This document shows positions 56,001-64,000 of a DNA stretch of 64,000 nt, in pieces. The translations under genes were made by a program, and so were the position numbers. The notes beneath the pieces are model-generated. The model was not told the origin of the DNA. It did not search any database and saw only the letters and a program-made list of their open reading frames with translations. This DNA is from Nitrospirota bacterium (GTDB lineage Bacteria; Nitrospirota; Thermodesulfovibrionia; Thermodesulfovibrionales; SM23-35), in contig JBFMDO010000031.1 in NCBI GenBank assembly GCA_040753615.1, positions 2,221 to 66,220 of the forward strand, read 5' to 3'. The stretch's first letter is position 1; the number at the start of each line of letters is the position of its first letter.

Positions 56001-56088
56001 CAACGAGTTTTACGTTTGGGTCCCCGCGAAGCAGAGAAATGAGGGCGCTGCCGCTTATATTTCCGCCTGCAATTGCTAACCTGAACAT
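53065..56088 (-). CDS. Multidomain signalling protein: Rossmann-like N-domain, GAF, HisKA/HATPase, two receivers, degenerate GGDEF (GGDAF)
   Basis: 1007 aa. H-box SHELRTPLN. ATPase N/G boxes (LSNAIKFT, GTGLGLALTKKLVELHGG). Receivers (ILIVEDD...AITLDVMLPKRDG; VLIIEAEED...VILLDFNLPDMIG). C-terminal DELTGVFSHRYF...RYGGDAFALIL. Confidence 0.85.
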   Translation of the reverse strand: MFRLAIAGGNISGSALISLLRGDPNVKLVGIYERKQDSPGAILAKKWNIPVFENIKTFLNANPEMIINVTGDPDLANEIRAAIGNKVEIVEGVGVRFIWEIIEKQKRARIEAFKAIENYKTIHALASKLPFSEYVDDFFMLILDSSLELTNTPAGSIAVYENKEMRLIVSKGLSKKFIENNVWSVMPGGLTEAIINSKEIFSVNDTLKSDYTRNNSLLISENIKAFLAAPIIVKDTVAGILYADDFKPRQFSERQKASLNLLSSLLGIFMDRTALIRNFKTELETKTKALEELNVNLEKKVIERTEELEKTNREFKRANEIKGKFIASMSHELRTPLNSILGFSNVLLEKTFGELTENQERYARNIHSAGKHLLDLINNILDLAKIEAGKYEMVYETFHLEDAITEVINIMKPLAEKKSIEIIISIGEGIIALTADRVKLKQILYNLLSNAIKFTLEGGMVKITVAKEVSSGGRYSGAIQGLEFIKFAVQDTGVGIGPEDKERIFDEFVQINSSLSKKNAGTGLGLALTKKLVELHGGNITVESKLGEGSIFTFLIPITSPAKTVEPEAEEAVSLAFPWMKEEAPLILIVEDDMPTVELLTLHLTQAGYKVSHAFNGEEAIQKARDLNPFAITLDVMLPKRDGWEVLQDLKSDPKTAGIPVIIHSIVDNRDLAFALGATDYLIKPLDKEALLSKLEEIAIAKGKRVLPNTVLIIEAEEDVTNYFKEIFEPQGFIIYSAPDGKRGIELTTALMPDVILLDFNLPDMIGFDVIKNIKEMPSTKDIPIFILAEKDISVEDRMALLGKIERIVQKHAFDTKELIGHIKDLEILYPKRAGLIDELTGVFSHRYFHIRLAQEVERATRYKLPLNLILLDIDFFGKYLSDHGEYHGNMVLKKVAELLRKNIRGSDVLVRYGGDAFALILPNTVLSSGLSLSNRFNAIIKNYPFLHEETQPKGCITASIGLVFLDGQTPEEFILCAEKALALSVKKGGDRVEVYSKEQDEEAIQH

Positions 56089-56089
56089 C

Positions 56090-57085
56090 TCATTTATAAA
56101 TTGTAGTTAATAAAGGAGTCATCATTTCTATAAAATATTTGAGCAACTCCGGATCCCATTGTCCTTGATGCCATTCTGATTCCATAATTTTTAGGGCCTC
56201 CTTAGCTGATTTACGGGCACGATAAGGACGCATTGAGACCATGGCATCAAAAGAATCTATAATCGAAAGTATCCTTGCCATGAGCGGTATTTCATTTCCA
56301 ATGAGTCCATCAGGAAATCCGTTTCCATCCCAGCGTTCATGATGGTGCCTTATAGTAGAAAGCAACCTCTTCATAGAAACGAGAGGCTTGCATATCTCTT
56401 CACCTATTACAGCATGCCTTTTTATTATTTCTCTCTCTTCTTCTGTTAATTCCCCGCGTTTGTGAAGCAGTGATTTACTAATGCCTATCTTTCCTATGTC
56501 ATGAAGTATTCCTGCTTTTTTAATATCTTCCTGGTTTTTTTTATGTAGCCCGAGAAACGATACAAACTCTGATGAAAGCTCACCGACCCTTGTTGAATGT
56601 CCCTTTGTATAAGGGTCATTTGCCTCCAGAGCAACAGCGAGGGTCAAAATGATATTTTCTGAATGTTCAAGATCCTCCTGAAGGGATTTAAGCTTTAGCA
56701 AAGACTTTATCTTGATTGTAAGTTCTAAGGGGTCAAATGGTTTACTGATGAAATCATCTGCTCCTGATTCAAGACCCTTTATCTTACTTTTTTGGTCAGT
56801 CAATGCTGTGAGAAGTATTACAGGAAAGAAACGTTTTCCTGATATTTCCTTAAGTTTACTGCATAATTCAAACCCATCTATACCCGGCATCATAACATCA
56901 AGTACCGCAAGGTCTATATTGTGTTGCCCGAATATTCCCATAGCGATATCTGCGTTTAGGGCAGTATAAACCCTGAATCCCTCTTTCAGAAAAATAGCCT
57001 CCATTAGCTCAAGATTGGATTGGATATCATCTACAACCAAAATAGAAGGGGCAACCTCTTCGATAAGATATGTAAAAGGACCCAT
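56090..57085 (-). CDS. Response regulator with an HD-GYP phosphodiesterase domain (RpfG type)
   Basis: 331 aa. Receiver (ILVVDD...LAVLDVMMPGIDG) and HD-GYP (HSTRV, GILHDIGK, HHERWDGNGFPDGL). Confidence 0.9.
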   Translation of the reverse strand: MGPFTYLIEEVAPSILVVDDIQSNLELMEAIFLKEGFRVYTALNADIAMGIFGQHNIDLAVLDVMMPGIDGFELCSKLKEISGKRFFPVILLTALTDQKSKIKGLESGADDFISKPFDPLELTIKIKSLLKLKSLQEDLEHSENIILTLAVALEANDPYTKGHSTRVGELSSEFVSFLGLHKKNQEDIKKAGILHDIGKIGISKSLLHKRGELTEEEREIIKRHAVIGEEICKPLVSMKRLLSTIRHHHERWDGNGFPDGLIGNEIPLMARILSIIDSFDAMVSMRPYRARKSAKEALKIMESEWHQGQWDPELLKYFIEMMTPLLTTIYK

Positions 57086-57169
57086 AAAAAAATTAAAACA
57101 TGAGAAGGTTATTTTGTCAACAAAAATTCTTCTATAATAATATGTTATATAGAAAGCTTAATCTTTTTC

Positions 57170-57391
57170 TTAAAATCCTATTAGTCTGAGTCCTGCATAA
57201 TAACAGCAGCACTCGTTATCAAGGTTATTTATGAATGTCCTGTCTACGCCGTCCTCGAATAACACTCTAACAAGGCATAACCCGCCCGGCAGGGTTGAAT
57301 GTTTCTCTTCGATAACCTCTCCAATGCCCCATGTTGTATAACGCGTATGCATGACACTATTTCCCACTTTAAGATAAAGTCTTGGTCCCAT
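57170..57391 (-). CDS. Small hypothetical protein (possibly DUF3553-like); start uncertain
   Basis: The 73-aa version from ATG 57391 avoids overlap with the TonB-like gene. VGNSVMHTRYTTWGIGEVIE loosely resembles DUF3553. No clear RBS at either candidate start. Confidence 0.35.
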   Translation of the reverse strand: MGPRLYLKVGNSVMHTRYTTWGIGEVIEEKHSTLPGGLCLVRVLFEDGVDRTFINNLDNECCCYYAGLRLIGF

Positions 57392-57419
57392 AAAAATTAC
57401 ATAAAAATTATGTTTATAA

Positions 57420-58112
57420 TTACCTAATATAATACCCATAAATGGTATATATAAAATGCCCTTTTATGGTATAAGCATCCATTCCCCATTCATCAGGCAA
57501 TGGCCAATACGGCTCTCCGTCTTTTAATGCCTTTATCGCAGCATCATCAAGATTCTGGTGTCCTGATGTCCTGAGAACTTCAATAGCTCCCAATCTGCCA
57601 TTTTTCTTTATGGTAAAACTTATAACGAGGTCTCCATATATGCCTCGTGCTGCTGCATCAGGAGGATAAACCCAAATGCTTTCTATCCTCTCCTTCAATC
57701 TCCTGTTGTATATTAAAAATTTATATTCTTCTGTATCAAATGTTAATGCTCTTTCCTTTTTCTCCTTTTCAACATTTTTTTTTGCAATATCACCGATAAT
57801 ATTCCTGTCAAAGATTTTTTCCCTAAGAGGAGGAGAGAGGGGACCACGAAAAGATTCTTGTTTGGCAGGTAAATATTTTTCTTGTTCTATAGCAGGCGCA
57901 GTGGAAGGTTTTTTAGAGGCAGGATGGTTAGATTTAGAGCCGGGAAGACTCGGGATAAAAGGTTTTTGAAGAAGTTCCTCAGGAGAAATAAGCCTGGTAA
58001 AAAATTCTCCTTTTGTTTTCCTTTCTTTCACAGCAGGCATAAATAATATAATAGCAATTACAATAAGGAAATGGAATGCGACTGAATAACCAAAAAATCT
58101 TTTTAAGCTCAC
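57420..58112 (-). CDS. TonB-family energy transducer (C-terminal TonB domain)
   Basis: 230 aa with GTG start in a GTGA overlap with the upstream gene. N-terminal TM anchor, a Pro/Lys-rich linker, and C-terminal YPPDAAARGIYGDLVISFTIKKNGRLGAIEVLRTSGHQNLDDAAIKAL. Confidence 0.7.
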   Translation of the reverse strand: MSLKRFFGYSVAFHFLIVIAIILFMPAVKERKTKGEFFTRLISPEELLQKPFIPSLPGSKSNHPASKKPSTAPAIEQEKYLPAKQESFRGPLSPPLREKIFDRNIIGDIAKKNVEKEKKERALTFDTEEYKFLIYNRRLKERIESIWVYPPDAAARGIYGDLVISFTIKKNGRLGAIEVLRTSGHQNLDDAAIKALKDGEPYWPLPDEWGMDAYTIKGHFIYTIYGYYIR

Positions 58113-59200
58113 CTCAAGAATTTCCTGAAAAGTCTTATATATTCCTTGATGCCTAAACTGCTGTTATCTTTCCTAAGCCATAGCCTCATAGATGCCTCCT
58201 GAACCTCTGGGATTCTGTGCAGGGCAACAAGTTTTTCAATAGAGATATCGTCTTTCAAAAAATAGTTTCTGAGTCTATTCATTAAAGCGAATCTCTTTTG
58301 AAACATGCTTTTCCATATCTTCTTGTAATTGTTTGCATTTCTTTCTATTATAGCCATTGCAGCAAATTCTCCTGCCTTCATTGCATAATAAATGCCTTCG
58401 CAGGCAAGAGGTAGTACATGACCTGCTGAATCACCTGCAAATATAATCCTGTCTTTATTATATAAATCCCCCTTCCATAGAGGTATTCTATATGACCTTT
58501 TCTGCCCTTCTTCTGTTATCCCTCTTCTTTTTTTAAATCTTTCAAAAAGAAGCCTTATCTTTTCTTTTTTGATACTGCCTGTGCCTGCTGAAACCCCGTC
58601 TGCTGTGGGGAAAACCCAAGAATAGGCGACTGGGGCATAGGATGAACCAAACCAGAACTCACAGGATTCGGTTTTCAGCCCCCTAATATGCTCAGATAGT
58701 GTAGAAATAGACGCAGGAGGTTTTATCCCCATAAATGCCCTTACCCTCGAATTTACGCCGTCAGCAGCAATAATATATTCGGAAAGTATTTCAATCGTTT
58801 CTTTCCCAATATGTGCTTCGATTTTATATGTTTCTTTATCCTTTATAAATCTGACAAATTCTCCTTCTATTATTTTCGCACCCTTTTTTTCTGAAATATT
58901 TCTCAAACATCTCCCAAACTCTCCCCTCTCAACTATCGCGAGGCTACCACTTTTTAGCTCAATTTCAAGAGCTTCACCTTTTGGTGATATGACTTTTATA
59001 TTTTTAACTTCTTTTTTTATTGGTGTTCTTGGTATATTGAATTCTTCAAATGCGGATAAAGGAATTCCCCCTCCACAGGGCTTAACAAAAGAAAGATTTC
59101 TCTCAAGAAGAATAACATCTATCCTATTTTCAGCGAGGAGTTTTGCGGCGGTAGCCCCTGCAGGGCCACCGCCCACTATTAATACCTTTGTCTTTTCCAT
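58109..59200 (-). CDS. FAD-dependent oxidoreductase, geranylgeranyl reductase family
   Basis: 363 aa. The GxGxxG dinucleotide motif VLIVGGGPAGATAAKLLA, with AADGVNSRVR and FAGDSAGHV further along. Confidence 0.8.
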   Translation of the reverse strand: MEKTKVLIVGGGPAGATAAKLLAENRIDVILLERNLSFVKPCGGGIPLSAFEEFNIPRTPIKKEVKNIKVISPKGEALEIELKSGSLAIVERGEFGRCLRNISEKKGAKIIEGEFVRFIKDKETYKIEAHIGKETIEILSEYIIAADGVNSRVRAFMGIKPPASISTLSEHIRGLKTESCEFWFGSSYAPVAYSWVFPTADGVSAGTGSIKKEKIRLLFERFKKRRGITEEGQKRSYRIPLWKGDLYNKDRIIFAGDSAGHVLPLACEGIYYAMKAGEFAAMAIIERNANNYKKIWKSMFQKRFALMNRLRNYFLKDDISIEKLVALHRIPEVQEASMRLWLRKDNSSLGIKEYIRLFRKFLR

Positions 59201-59227
59201 TTTATGGGTTTGGATTAAATAATTTTT

Positions 59228-59734
59228 TCAAAACCCTGGCGGAAATGGACAATGTATTGTTGCCCGTCTTACAGATACAGAACCGTTGAGAAAATGTGCG
59301 GATATCTTAAAGAAGAATTTACCCACAGAACCTGATATTGTGCCGTCTCTATTTTCACCCCACTGCAATGTTTTTTCATTATTATTAATAGCAACTATCA
59401 GGTAAATATTATTAGGGGCCATTTCTTTTATATCTTCTGCGCTCGGTATAGGGAGTCCTTTGGCAGATCCAAACTGTGTATGAGAGTGGAAATCTCCTAT
59501 CTTCTGCAATTTATCAAACTTTGCAAGTATTGGTTCTATCTTTTTGTGATTCTTGTCGCTGTATACCACACCTTTATGCTTCCTATTAGCTGCCTGAACG
59601 CTGAATGCATGTTCAACTATAAACCTGTCTTCAAGACTATACCCGAGAAGAAAGCCGAGACATTCTTTCTTATATACCTCTGCAGAGCTTAGCAGTAGAT
59701 CTAAAAAAGCATTCTCTGAAAGATATACGCGCAT
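59228..59734 (-). CDS. Stand-alone JAB/MPN-domain protein (putative metalloisopeptidase)
   Basis: Start set at ATG 59734 (MRVYLSENAF...). It has ECLGFLLGY (the Glu of the JAMM site) and HSHTQFGSAKGLPIPSAED (HxH...SxxD with a longer spacer than the canonical Hx7S). Confidence 0.6.
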   Translation of the reverse strand: MRVYLSENAFLDLLLSSAEVYKKECLGFLLGYSLEDRFIVEHAFSVQAANRKHKGVVYSDKNHKKIEPILAKFDKLQKIGDFHSHTQFGSAKGLPIPSAEDIKEMAPNNIYLIVAINNNEKTLQWGENRDGTISGSVGKFFFKISAHFLNGSVSVRRATIHCPFPPGF

Positions 59735-59739
59735 AACTC

Positions 59740-60192
59740 TTATTTCTGATGCGGCGGTATCCTTACAGTAAGTACAGGGCATGGAGCAAATCTTACAACC
59801 TGCGAAGCAGTGCTCCCGAAGATTACCCTGTCTAAACCCTTTCTACCATGAGTTGCTATAACTATAAGGTCGACCTCGTTCTTTTTTGCAAATTTTACTA
59901 TTTCTTCGTGTGGGGTACCTTTGATTACGCTTCTCTCAATATCCTTGAATTTGCCAAGTTCCTCTATGCCAAAACTTTCGAGTTCTTTTTTTGCACCTTT
60001 TTCGATATCCTTATACATTTCACTGAGTGACGAATGCGGGACATACCAACCTGATGCTTTTGCTACATCATAAAGAACATGAAGAAGATAAAGTTTTGCT
60101 CCATACCGTTTTGCAATATCAACTGCATACTGCAATGCCTGTGACGCTCCCTCAGAAAAATCTGTAGGGAAAAGAATCCTTTTGATTTCCAT
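59740..60192 (-). CDS. Universal stress protein (UspA family)
   Basis: Start set at ATG 60192 (MEIKRILFPTDFSEGAS) with a GGGAGG RBS. C-terminal ATHGRKGLDRVIFGSTASQVV. TAATG overlap with the upstream gene. Confidence 0.85.
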   Translation of the reverse strand: MEIKRILFPTDFSEGASQALQYAVDIAKRYGAKLYLLHVLYDVAKASGWYVPHSSLSEMYKDIEKGAKKELESFGIEELGKFKDIERSVIKGTPHEEIVKFAKKNEVDLIVIATHGRKGLDRVIFGSTASQVVRFAPCPVLTVRIPPHQK

Positions 60193-61208
60193 TATCCAAC
60201 CTCCCTTAAATATTTTGCTGCATTTTCTGGTGATGTCTGCAGGATATAAAATCCTGATCCCCATTCAAAGCCGCTCATCCTACGGAGACGCGGTATTATT
60301 TCAAGATGCCAGTGAAAATCTTCTCCGAGAGTATGCCAGTGATTTTTTCTCGGTACCATGTTTGGAGCAGTATGAAGAAAATAATTAAAAGACAGCCCAT
60401 TAAATATAATCCTTAACTTTTTTAGTACGGTCATAAGTATAAACCCCATATCTTCAACTTCCTCAGAGGTAATATCCTGAAATGCACAGCGATGCCTTTT
60501 GGGAATTATCCAAGACTCAAAAGGAAACTTAGCTGCATAAGGGCAAAAGGCGATAAAACCCTTTGTCTCTAAAATTATCCTCTCGCCAACCCTCAGTTCT
60601 TCGCTAATAATATCACAGAATATACACCTCTCTTTATAAGCATAATACTGTTTTGCGTTATCAAGCTCATCCTTCACTTTTTTCGGAATTACAGGCGTTG
60701 CCATTAGATACGATACCGGATGAGAGAAAACCTCTCCTGCATCCCTTCCCGAATTTTTGTATATTAAAATATATCTTAATCTGGAATCCTTTTCAAGGTC
60801 AGAGATACGATCTTTGTAAAGGTTTATAACCCTTTTCATCTGCTCAAGCCCCATGTCTTCAGGTCTTACATTATGTTCAGGGGACTCTATAAGGATTTCA
60901 TTCGCTCCAATACTGTTCATTTTATCATAAATACCAATCCCTCTTCTTCCCAGATCTCCTTCTACCTGAAACACAGGTTCAAAACTCGGAAGCGCCCTTA
61001 CCCACCATCCAGTGGTATCAGGAGATGTACCCGTTTTTCTAATAGACATTATCTCAGGTGGAGCTTCACTTTCTCGGCCAGCACACAAAATACACCTATC
61101 TTCTGTTTTTCTTTCATCAGGTGATAAGTTGTAATCAGACGGCGAATATGACCTTGACAGCACAGCAACCCACCTGCCAAGCAATAAATCTTTCCTCAGT
61201 TCATTCAT
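60192..61208 (-). CDS. Galactose-1-phosphate uridylyltransferase (GalT)-family HIT-like protein, atypical active site
   Basis: 338 aa. Zn motif CILCAG and ESPEHN. The central motif reads SHPVSY where GalT has HPHGQ. The second half carries HWHLEIIPRL, like GalT HAHFYPPLL. Confidence 0.65.
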   Translation of the reverse strand: MNELRKDLLLGRWVAVLSRSYSPSDYNLSPDERKTEDRCILCAGRESEAPPEIMSIRKTGTSPDTTGWWVRALPSFEPVFQVEGDLGRRGIGIYDKMNSIGANEILIESPEHNVRPEDMGLEQMKRVINLYKDRISDLEKDSRLRYILIYKNSGRDAGEVFSHPVSYLMATPVIPKKVKDELDNAKQYYAYKERCIFCDIISEELRVGERIILETKGFIAFCPYAAKFPFESWIIPKRHRCAFQDITSEEVEDMGFILMTVLKKLRIIFNGLSFNYFLHTAPNMVPRKNHWHTLGEDFHWHLEIIPRLRRMSGFEWGSGFYILQTSPENAAKYLREVG

Positions 61209-61965
61209 CTAAGTTTCTCTTATATAGTATCCTTAACCCTTCGAGAGTAAGATATGGCTTTAACACGTGTCTCCTTTTGAGAAATTTTGAAATCATACCT
61301 CCGTAGCCGCCTGTCAGAACAACCTTGAGTTTAAATCCAGTCTCCTTTTCTGTTTCCTTTAAAAGTCTCTCTACAGCACCTGCTGTGCCATAAAACAATC
61401 CTGCTTGAATACATCTCATTGTATCAATACCCAATGCTGCCTCAGGAGGAGTTAACGAAACATTGGGCAGTTTAGAAGTACCATCTGCAAGTGACTCCTT
61501 CATCAACCCAATTCCGGGCAATATTACCCCTCCAATATAATTGGCATTTTTGCCAACAACACTTATTGTTGTAGCTGTGCCAAAATCCACTGCTGCCACA
61601 GGAGCTTTAAAAAGCTCATACGCTGCTACCACATTTGCAATTCTGTCTGAGCCAAGTTTCTCTGGCTCAGGAATATCAAATTTAATGCCCGTTTTAATCT
61701 TATAGCTCACCAGCAAAGGCTTTACTGATGTCAATCCTGCAAGGCTTTTTTTCAGGACATCAGTATGTTCTGGCACAACAGAAGATATTATAATTCCTTT
61801 TGGTATTTTGTCTATATTTTTTTCTTTTATAAACCTATTAAAAAGTCCTAAGTATTCCGAAGGGGACAATAATGGAAAGGTGTCAATATTTTGAACAGTA
61901 AGACCACTTTCAGTAAAAAAACCTATATTTATTGAGGAGTTGCCTATATCTAAAGCTACTAACAT
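61201..61965 (-). CDS. coaX: Type III pantothenate kinase
   Basis: 254 aa. LVALDIGNSSINIG, AVDFGTATT, and C-terminal TGGYG. Confidence 0.9.
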   Translation of the reverse strand: MLVALDIGNSSINIGFFTESGLTVQNIDTFPLLSPSEYLGLFNRFIKEKNIDKIPKGIIISSVVPEHTDVLKKSLAGLTSVKPLLVSYKIKTGIKFDIPEPEKLGSDRIANVVAAYELFKAPVAAVDFGTATTISVVGKNANYIGGVILPGIGLMKESLADGTSKLPNVSLTPPEAALGIDTMRCIQAGLFYGTAGAVERLLKETEKETGFKLKVVLTGGYGGMISKFLKRRHVLKPYLTLEGLRILYKRNLDE

Positions 61966-62753
61966 CTATAAATAGTCAGGTCACCTGTATTTATCCTTTT
62001 GAGCATCCCTGACTGAAGCCTCAGGATTAACATTCCCTCGTCATCTACAAATTCAGCTAACCCAAAGAAGGTTTCATTGCCAACAGTAACCATAACTTCC
62101 TTGCCGAGGGTAGATGTAAGCTGTTTCCATTCGGAAAGGATTCTTTCCCTGTCTGTCCTGTTAAGTATGTTATACCATTTATCTATTTCATTAAGGATCT
62201 CTGCAATTAATTCTGCCCGGGAATATGTTTTGCCTGTTTCGATTTTTATAGATGTTACTATGTCTTTGAGATCATCAGGGATTGCATCTATATCCATGTT
62301 TACATTGATTCCTATGCCTATAATAGCAATATTTATCCTCTCGGGAGATGTTTTTGTCTCTGTAAGAATGCCCCCTAATTTTTTGTCAGAAACTATCAGG
62401 TCATTTGGCCATTTGATAGTAATATTCAGTCCTGTTACTTTTCTAAGTGCTGTTGTACATGCAATAGCAGTCATCAGTGTTATAAGAGTTACATCTTTAG
62501 GCTTTATCTCTGGTCTTGTGATAATGCTCATGTATACATTTACGCCCGGGGGGGATACCCATGTTCTTCCGAGCCTTCCTTTTCCCTTTTCCTGGCTATC
62601 AGCAAGGACAACCGCACCCTCTGTCTTGCCTTTTTCGGCAAGGTCTAATGCGATTGTATTTGTGGAAGAAACGGTTTGATAAAAAAGGATTTCCCTTCCT
62701 ATCCTGCCTTTTACCTTTGCCTTTATATCCTCTGTTTGCAATTTATTCTTCAA
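61959..62753 (-). CDS. birA: Biotin--[acetyl-CoA-carboxylase] ligase (no N-terminal HTH)
   Basis: 264 aa. GKGRLGRTWVSPPG (GRGRxGRxW motif) and KWPNDL. Confidence 0.9.
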   Translation of the reverse strand: MKNKLQTEDIKAKVKGRIGREILFYQTVSSTNTIALDLAEKGKTEGAVVLADSQEKGKGRLGRTWVSPPGVNVYMSIITRPEIKPKDVTLITLMTAIACTTALRKVTGLNITIKWPNDLIVSDKKLGGILTETKTSPERINIAIIGIGINVNMDIDAIPDDLKDIVTSIKIETGKTYSRAELIAEILNEIDKWYNILNRTDRERILSEWKQLTSTLGKEVMVTVGNETFFGLAEFVDDEGMLILRLQSGMLKRINTGDLTIYRC

Positions 62754-63435
62754 GTATTATTACTTCAATCTTCCCTTTCAGCCCTTCAGCGAATTTTTTT
62801 GCATCCTTTTCTGAGCCTACTATTGAACCGTAATGCATTGGTATTGCTACTTTTGGCTTTATATCGAGTGCAGCCTTTATAGCCTCCTCAGCAGTCATTA
62901 CGTATGTGCCAGAAACAGGAAGAAGGGCTATATCTATATTTTTGAATGTCTTCATTTCCGGAATATAATCAGTATCTCCTGCTATATATATCCGTTGCCC
63001 TTTTACAGTAAAGATATAACCAACCCATCCTTTGTCTTTTGGATGAAACTGCTTGTTCGTGTTATACGAAGGCACGACCTCGATATCAATGCCTTCTACG
63101 TTAATCTTATCCCCTGCTTTAACCGTTTTGATCTTTCCTGACAGTTTTTTTGCACAATCAGATGTTGTAACAATAACAGTGCCAGGAGACTGAATCATCA
63201 TTACATCATCAGGAGAACAATGGTCATAATGTTCATGAGTAATCAGTATAATATCTGCTTTGTCCTTCTTTTTAATCTTGAAGGGGTCTGTGTAAATAAC
63301 TTTTTCTCCTACAATTTTGAATGTATCATGCCCAAGCCAGTGAATGTCCTTTATCATTGTCTTAACCTCCTTTTCTCCTGCCATAGCAGAAAACGGCAGA
63401 AATATTATGAAAAGTGCAAAAATGAAGGATAACAT
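62743..63435 (-). CDS. Secreted MBL-fold metallo-hydrolase
   Basis: Start set at ATG 63435 (MLSFIFALFIIFLPFSAMA signal peptide) with an AAGGAGGG RBS. HxHxDH motif THEHYDHC. Confidence 0.8.
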   Translation of the reverse strand: MLSFIFALFIIFLPFSAMAGEKEVKTMIKDIHWLGHDTFKIVGEKVIYTDPFKIKKKDKADIILITHEHYDHCSPDDVMMIQSPGTVIVTTSDCAKKLSGKIKTVKAGDKINVEGIDIEVVPSYNTNKQFHPKDKGWVGYIFTVKGQRIYIAGDTDYIPEMKTFKNIDIALLPVSGTYVMTAEEAIKAALDIKPKVAIPMHYGSIVGSEKDAKKFAEGLKGKIEVIILEE

Positions 63436-63556
63436 ATACAACCCTCCTTTTTTAAAAATTATAACATAATCCATAATGAGAAAAATGTTTGACAAAACCG
63501 GGAGGATTTGCTTAAATTTTGATAAAGTTTTATTTCTACTCAGGAGGTTTATGGTT

Positions 63557-64000
63557 ATGAAATTTAAAAGATTATTTTTAATATTTGTGGGAGTTTTATT
63601 ATTCACAGGGTGTGTTTCCTCAAAGGAGTACAAGGCAAAGCTTGCTGACATTGACACCCTTAAAGAAGATGTCTCAACCCTTCAGGAAAAACTTAAGGGA
63701 GCAGAGTCAGAACTATCGAACCTGCAGGAAGAAAAAGAAACCCTTGCAAAAGATAGAGATGAGTTGCTAAAAGAAAATGCTGATCTAAAAAGCCTGCTCG
63801 AAGCAAAGAAAGATGAACTCCTTAATGAAATAAATAGTCTAAGGATGAAACTATTCGATAAGGAGAGCGAGATTAAAGGCATTAAAGATGAATTGAGATC
63901 AAGAGATATACAGGTAGCAGAGCTTAAAACAGAGATAGAAGACCTATCACATGAAAGGTCAAAGGCAATAGAAGAAAAAGAAAAGGCTATATCAGAATTA
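63557..64000 (+). CDS. Coiled-coil lipoprotein (partial, runs off the window end)
   Basis: AGGAGG RBS at 63542-63547 and ATG 63557. MKFKRLFLIFVGVLLFTGC lipobox, then heptad-rich sequence (KLADIDTLKEDVSTLQEKLKGAESELSNLQEEKETL...). Open to base 64000, so absent from the ORF track. Confidence 0.6.
   Translation, partial: MKFKRLFLIFVGVLLFTGCVSSKEYKAKLADIDTLKEDVSTLQEKLKGAESELSNLQEEKETLAKDRDELLKENADLKSLLEAKKDELLNEINSLRMKLFDKESEIKGIKDELRSRDIQVAELKTEIEDLSHERSKAIEEKEKAISEL

Overview
AT-rich bacterial chromosomal segment (taxon not determinable from sequence; gene content fits a free-living anaerobe or microaerophile). It is mostly housekeeping. Main genes in order: smc; glcD-like FAD oxidase; znuABC-type metal uptake; hisG; mfd; a porin / secreted protein / MCP operon; rimO; uvrA; hemX(ccsA-like)-hemA-hemC; a dksA-like gene; the rpsB-tsf-pyrH-frr operon; a MacAB-like efflux system; purB / flavin reductase / purL; selA and a tRNA-Sec; an EndoQ-like nuclease with a UvrD-like helicase, plus cutA and ogt; large c-di-GMP and two-component signalling proteins; and coaX-birA. 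The left 2.2 kb is accessory, with three toxin-antitoxin pairs set between reiterated copies of the 3' end of a restriction-modification-type methyltransferase gene. The most unusual signal is not a gene cluster. Short G/C-run palindromic repeat elements, together with related TTCAAGG/TTCGAGG-word and CTCCGAA-heptamer repeats, sit in-frame inside hemC (2 sites) and purL (5 sites). They add PPxPPxxKGGxxGG-type peptides to conserved enzymes, which resembles Rickettsia palindromic elements. Lesser points: a HAMP receptor with a GGDD-type palm domain, a lysine-tailed DksA, a GalT-family protein that appears to lack the nucleophilic His, orphan hairpin clusters, and a conserved 70-nt intergenic repeat. 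All calls rest on reading the sequence and ORF translations and on remembered family motifs; no searches were run.
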